This document shows, in pieces, positions 59,555 to 64,000 of a stretch of DNA of 64,000 nucleotides. Source of the DNA: an uncultured Gammaproteobacteria bacterium (GTDB lineage Bacteria; Pseudomonadota; Gammaproteobacteria; Tenderiales; Tenderiaceae); contig CBFCYE010000011.1 of the NCBI GenBank assembly GCA_965602225.1, positions 21,182-85,181 of the forward strand, given 5' to 3'. A program made the translations under genes and the position numbers. The notes beneath the pieces are model-generated. The model saw only the letters and a list, made by a program, of their open reading frames with translations, searched no databases and had not been told where the DNA came from. Each line of letters opens with the position of its first letter. Within the stretch, counting starts at the first letter, position 1.

Positions 59555-59989
59555 CTACGTGTGGGGCGTCATGGGCTGGAAATAAATACCATCCTTCTCA
59601 GTAATGACGTCAGGTTCTACAAAGCAAAGTCTTTTATACGCAGGAATAGCATATAGTGATGATCGTAGTGTGTAGGTGTTCGATACACATACGCTTTTTG
59701 CATGTTGCCAGAGAGTCCTTGCAACCCCCTTGCCTTGCTGTTGTTCTGAAACAAAAAGGTGATTGTCAGCTTTGTTTTCGATATAGCTCACTATTGCCTC
59801 TTCTAATTCACATTCAAAGGTTGAATATTCAGGGCTTTCTATACGCCTATCAAAATCAATCGCGGTGAGTGTGCTTTCAAACCAGTCGGGTAAAGCGTTT
59901 TGTTTATCCATCAGGTAATAGTGAGCAAGAGAGACAACAAGCCTGCGAATATCGGCAACATCATTTTTTGTCGCGACTCGAATAGTCAT
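59555..59989 (-). CDS. GNAT acetyltransferase, possibly eroding
   Basis: HLFV...QGKGVAR.LW acetyl-CoA motif; SSLYAIPAYKRLCF with atypical substitutions. Confidence 0.65.
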   Translation of the reverse strand: MTIRVATKNDVADIRRLVVSLAHYYLMDKQNALPDWFESTLTAIDFDRRIESPEYSTFECELEEAIVSYIENKADNHLFVSEQQQGKGVARTLWQHAKSVCVSNTYTLRSSLYAIPAYKRLCFVEPDVITEKDGIYFQPMTPHT

Positions 59990-60094
59990 GTTGTCTCCAG
60001 GGTGGCTAAGGTGTTGTGAGGCAAGTCATTCTAAATCTTAGTCAGCCATATTTGGATAAGCCAGTAATTGGCTGTGTAAGGTGTTCGGTAGGCC

Positions 60095-60715
60095 TTATTT
60101 GTTAGCAGCGTCCTGAGGCACAGAGTGGCAGCGCATGCAGTTCATTGTCGGTGGAAATGCCACCTTGCCATGACATATGCCACAAAACTTGCCAGTCAAA
60201 ACATCGTTCATGGCAATATTGTTGGCGCCTTTTTTCTGTTTGAAAATTGCCGGATGGCAGTTTTTGCAATCCAGCCATAAGGTGTGTGACAAATGCGGGA
60301 AGCGAACGTGGGGCATATTGCCGGTATCGGTGAAAATGATATCCAGATCCAGCGTCTGTTTCTCGGTCTCGCCGTTTATATCCGCACGTGGGTTAATTAG
60401 CCCCTGGTTGATGGTCTCAATCCAGTTGACGATGCCGACATTGTCGCGTGGAAATTCGAGCATGGCCTCGTAAGGGTTTTGAAACACCTCTACGGCATCG
60501 TTAGTTGGGTCATGAATGCCATCTTCAGCTACCGGGATGGCTTCGCTCTCAGTCTGATAGTGCTTGCCGCGATCCTTTAAAACCGGTTCCAGTCCCGCCG
60601 CGGCATGAACAGCGCTACCACTGAACAGTAGTGAAAATGTCAGGGCGAAACAGAAAGGTAGCCGCATTTTGTGTGCGTGTACTGAGCTGGTGTTGGTCGC
60701 AGTAGTGGAAGACAT
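60095..60715 (-). CDS. c7-type triheme cytochrome c, paralogue of 46783-47379
   Basis: CKNCH, CGICH, CMRCH; EDGIHDPTNDAV and GKVAFPPT shared with the UetG-like gene. Confidence 0.85.
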   Translation of the reverse strand: MSSTTATNTSSVHAHKMRLPFCFALTFSLLFSGSAVHAAAGLEPVLKDRGKHYQTESEAIPVAEDGIHDPTNDAVEVFQNPYEAMLEFPRDNVGIVNWIETINQGLINPRADINGETEKQTLDLDIIFTDTGNMPHVRFPHLSHTLWLDCKNCHPAIFKQKKGANNIAMNDVLTGKFCGICHGKVAFPPTMNCMRCHSVPQDAANK

Positions 60716-60843
60716 GCTGATTTCCTGAGATTAATCGTCTGTTCTGTAATTCAATGAGTAGAGATTATAGAACATATCGACTTTTCATGAGACCCCAAAA
60801 GATGTTCGATGAAAGCGGTTGTCGACGTCTTCTGTCGTGGGCC

Positions 60844-61854
60844 TCAGCCATCCTTTTTTAGGTAAGCCAGCAACTGGCTGCGTAAGGCGTTGGGCAGGCC
60901 GTGGATGCTGAGCGTATCGGTCTTTTCCTCATAAGTGACGCGGCCATTGAGATGATAGGTTGAAAAGCTGATGGCAAGATCCCGTTCACGGCCTGAGAGC
61001 TTGATATAACGGCGCAGACTCTTGCGATCAAGTATCACCTCTTCTTTTTCGCCGGCAGGGTTGTGTGGCAATACCTCACGGACAAACTTTTCACAGTCGA
61101 TGCCGTCCAGCTCTTTCGATAGACCGTGGATATTGATCGGTTCATCTTTTTGTTCCTGCTCCATGCAGTAATCCACCACCTGGGTGCGATAGTCGTTGAC
61201 CTTGTCTTCAGGCAGCTGTTTGGCGAACGACTCAACCCCCTTCAAAAATGCCTCAGTGCTCTCCTGTTTATCGATGCCGTCACCAAAACCGGTCAGCTCA
61301 TCAAAGATCTTCGCCATTTCCGGATTGCCCCGCGGTGGCAGCATGGAAAGATAGGCGTAGTTTTTACGCACCTTCCACTCGGCCAGATCGACCTTAATGC
61401 CAAACATCGACGGCCCGGTGTCCACCACATAACTGGGCATTACCTCTAAGGACTCACTGATGGCCAAGGACTCATTGTGATTCACCGCAAACAGATAAAA
61501 GACCTGGTGCTGCTCACTCATCGAATCGATAAAAAACAAAAAGTGGGCCTTAATCTCAACAGCCTTTTCGTTCACTCCTGCCTCAAGTTGTTGCATCAGC
61601 GCATTGCTAAGTTGAGAGAAGGAATGTTTGTCCTGCAAAAATTCATCCAGCTCCTGTGCCAGAAGAGACGGCTCGGCATCAGCGGGAAAGCTGCCATGTT
61701 TGCGCGCCAGACGAGATAAAAAGGCGCTCTTTAACTTATCCAATAACACATCTTTAGTTTCGTCGGCGGCCAGTTCATCCTTACGTAATAACAGGCTAGC
61801 CTTGGCATCTGAATGGCGACAAAGGTAATGGGCTGTAACATGGGTGATAGACAT
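60844..61854 (-). CDS. Nucleoid-associated protein NdpA/YejK family
   Basis: Length and motifs (KVDLAEW..YL, D.KSLRRY.K.SG...L.ISF, TL.I.GLP..LR.QL); start reassigned to 61854. Confidence 0.75.
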   Translation of the reverse strand: MSITHVTAHYLCRHSDAKASLLLRKDELAADETKDVLLDKLKSAFLSRLARKHGSFPADAEPSLLAQELDEFLQDKHSFSQLSNALMQQLEAGVNEKAVEIKAHFLFFIDSMSEQHQVFYLFAVNHNESLAISESLEVMPSYVVDTGPSMFGIKVDLAEWKVRKNYAYLSMLPPRGNPEMAKIFDELTGFGDGIDKQESTEAFLKGVESFAKQLPEDKVNDYRTQVVDYCMEQEQKDEPINIHGLSKELDGIDCEKFVREVLPHNPAGEKEEVILDRKSLRRYIKLSGRERDLAISFSTYHLNGRVTYEEKTDTLSIHGLPNALRSQLLAYLKKDG

Positions 61855-61950
61855 CTGGTGTTCCAAGCTATGGTTAAAGAATAATGCCAATAAATGGCTT
61901 TATGGGTTTATGTTCTGATACTTAATGTAGCGTGTTGCAGTTATCAATAC

Positions 61951-61973
61951 GTAGGGTGCGCCGTGCCTGGCTA
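61951..61973 (+). repeat. Truncated GTAG REP-like sequence at left flank of the NACHT gene
   Basis: GTAGGGTGCG identical to the first 10 nt of the REP at 56261; ends in TGCCTGGCTA, a 9/10 direct repeat of 63714-63723. Confidence 0.45.
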
Positions 61974-61981
61974 AGTTAATT

Positions 61982-63688
61982 TCAGGTGAAATTAATTTCA
62001 TTTATAGCTAGTTCTTGCTTTTTTATGCGATCTTTTATTTCTGTATACTCTTTGTTCTTGCTGTCAAGAAACTGTTCAATGCGATCGATTAAGGTGTCTT
62101 TGAATCCTTCCTTGTATGCATCGATAATATCTAATTCGAAATTACCAGTAGCGTATTCCTCTTTGATTGTTCCAAGGCGAAGTGCGGTGATAAGCGATAT
62201 GTAAAAATTGAAATATATGTTGTCAGAAAAGCATTTAGCTCCCCATGTGATTGACCTTAAGTCTCCGTCTTGAATACCTATAGTGATGCCGTTGAAAATA
62301 TCATCTGTTACGCCTGTTGAAGTATTTTCATATTTAAATGAGCTGAATAGTTTTTCATAAATAGGTATTAGAAATAGTGTGTCGCAGTAATAGCTGTCAA
62401 TATTTTCAAGATAAGTAATTTCTTGTGTGAATTGCCTGGGGTCGTTTTTAGCCAAATTATAAAATTTTTCTTTTAGCGTTAAGGGGCTCTTAGATATAAA
62501 GCTTGCGGCATGATATTCCTTTATACTTTTATGTATGAAATTATACTCAAATCCTTCCTCGACAATTAGGCATGTATTATTCTTAGTGTCATCGAGGAAA
62601 TCACCTTCGCTTATGTTTTCAAGGCCTACTATGGACTTTGCCTTTTTTATTAATGAGATTGCACTTCCATGGGTTAGGGTGTCTTTTTTATCTATCATGC
62701 AGTAAAAACAGAATGCGCAAAATAGCTCTTCAAGTTGATTTTCGTTGAGGTCGGATTTGAATTCTCTAACAAATCCTGGTTTTGTAGAGTCGTGCCTATT
62801 CACAAGAAGGTAAAATAGATTGTCATAAAACTCATGAAGTCTTTCTGGAATTCGGTGATAGCTCTTGTACGTTATTGTTAGTAACGTTAGCAATAAAGGT
62901 GTTGTTATTAAGTCGGCGATGCCTGACTTGTTGCTATGAATCGCTTTTACTATGTCATCGGCTTTTATGCTTTCGTCGTTATGGAAAAACTTTTCAAGGA
63001 TTCCTGGAAAGTCGGACGGTATTAATGGGCATAGATTAAACACCTTAAAAAAGGTAACGCACTGAATATCGGAGTTGGGCCTAGAGCTAATAACTATTTT
63101 CATATTATGAAATCTAGAGCATAAATCTTCTATGTATGAAATTACATCTTGAACTAGATCTTTTTTTACTTCATCAAATGCGTCTAGTACAAGTGTGCAT
63201 TTGTTGCTTTCATATATATGTTTTAGTGACGATGAGTCACATTCTACCCCGAGATTAGATAAACTGTTTATGATAAGTGTTTCAATGTTATTCCTGTCGG
63301 TAATTTTTCTTAATTCAACAAATATGGGTATGCTTTTCCCGTGTCTAAGCTCGGCCCCTGTCAAGTAACGTAATAAGATTGATTTACCTTGCCCAGCCGT
63401 TCCCTGTACAACTATTTTTCCGTTTTCTGGAAAGTCATTTAGAGAGTTTATTTCTACTCTGTTCGATTCCACATCGATCTTCGATGGGTAGTAAAATTCA
63501 TTTAAGTTAACAACTTTGTCTACTTGCCAAATAGTTTTAACTTCTTCTACTTTAGATGCTTTAAGGTAGGCGTTTTCAATGTCAATTCCTTTCAATTTTG
63601 CGAATGCGCTCGACTTTTTCTTTAAGAACTGAAAAAGCTCATTTAGTGTTAACTTGAATCCTTCGCCCATTGCTGCTTCTAAAATCAT
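61982..63688 (-). CDS. NACHT-family STAND NTPase, candidate anti-phage NLR-like protein
   Basis: Walker A GTAGQGKS, Walker B LVLDAFDEV, ISSR sensor, TPLLLTL, FIHKSIKEYHAA winged helix; visibly AT-rich. Confidence 0.85.
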   Translation of the reverse strand: MILEAAMGEGFKLTLNELFQFLKKKSSAFAKLKGIDIENAYLKASKVEEVKTIWQVDKVVNLNEFYYPSKIDVESNRVEINSLNDFPENGKIVVQGTAGQGKSILLRYLTGAELRHGKSIPIFVELRKITDRNNIETLIINSLSNLGVECDSSSLKHIYESNKCTLVLDAFDEVKKDLVQDVISYIEDLCSRFHNMKIVISSRPNSDIQCVTFFKVFNLCPLIPSDFPGILEKFFHNDESIKADDIVKAIHSNKSGIADLITTPLLLTLLTITYKSYHRIPERLHEFYDNLFYLLVNRHDSTKPGFVREFKSDLNENQLEELFCAFCFYCMIDKKDTLTHGSAISLIKKAKSIVGLENISEGDFLDDTKNNTCLIVEEGFEYNFIHKSIKEYHAASFISKSPLTLKEKFYNLAKNDPRQFTQEITYLENIDSYYCDTLFLIPIYEKLFSSFKYENTSTGVTDDIFNGITIGIQDGDLRSITWGAKCFSDNIYFNFYISLITALRLGTIKEEYATGNFELDIIDAYKEGFKDTLIDRIEQFLDSKNKEYTEIKDRIKKQELAINEINFT

Positions 63689-63720
63689 TTTAAATTTACC
63701 TTTTTTATTGTTTTGCCGGG

Positions 63721-64000
63721 CTACGGTTTATTTTTATTGGCCTGATAAAAGTTTTCGCTTTGCCAAGGGTTTGTTTTGTTTGCAGCGACCTTAATCGGTG
63801 TCTGCCGAATACGTGTTATGGCTTTTTCGACTTTGCCTTGCAGTTCTGCCTCTGATTCCTTTTCACCACCATAACAAAAACGCTGCAAGGCCCTGACTGC
63901 GTCCGGCACTGTTGTGTCATCCGCTTGTTGTGCCGACCATTGTTGCAATCCTTGTTCCAGTGTTTGGCTGCCCATTGCCTGTAACAGTTTTTGTTGTAGC
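63721..64000 (-). CDS. C-terminal end of a gene entering from the window edge (possibly BatD-like)
   Basis: Open frame LQQKLLQAMGSQ...ALQRFCYG...KP* running off the window; family guess weak. Confidence 0.4.
   Translation of the reverse strand, partial: LQQKLLQAMGSQTLEQGLQQWSAQQADDTTVPDAVRALQRFCYGGEKESEAELQGKVEKAITRIRQTPIKVAANKTNPWQSENFYQANKNKP

Noticed and set aside
56891-60094. Integron cassette array among co-oriented minus-strand genes
   Set aside because: No convincing RYYYAAC...GTTRRRY attC hairpins and no intI gene seen

Overview
Chromosomal segment of a Gammaproteobacterium, probably a chemolithotroph resembling Ca. Tenderia or the neutrophilic Fe oxidisers (inferred from gene content). 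The conserved backbone is degS-nif3 ... rpe-gph-trpE / trpGDC-crp-osmC-speD-coq7 ... rplM-rpsI-tRNA-Gln. Four blocks interrupt it. (1) An alternative complex III operon (actA,B1,B2,C,D,E,F) with a split ActB. (2) A 10-kb insertion between trpE and trpG encoding an atypical chaperone-usher-like pilus system: DUF4402-type subunits, a PapD-like chaperone, an usher with a SPOR domain, an O-oligosaccharyltransferase-like protein and an FlgT-like lipoprotein. (3) A 15-kb multiheme cytochrome cluster matching the Uet gene order (tetraheme, PPIase, beta-barrel, three trihemes, cupredoxin lipoprotein, two NHL proteins, undecaheme, ResB/CcsA, TPR). Its tetraheme and the N-terminal module of its undecaheme follow the motif pattern of the Geobacter nanowire cytochrome OmcE, suggesting a cytochrome-filament assembly system. 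(4) An accessory tail with an orphan eCIS-cargo-like ORF, AlkD-like repair protein, Acr3, GNAT, an orphan triheme cytochrome, YejK and a low-GC NACHT gene flanked by REP-like ends. Non-coding signals include a candidate Trp attenuator before trpE and a MITE-like hairpin between nodI and nodJ. All family assignments come from motif recognition and memory; no searches were run.
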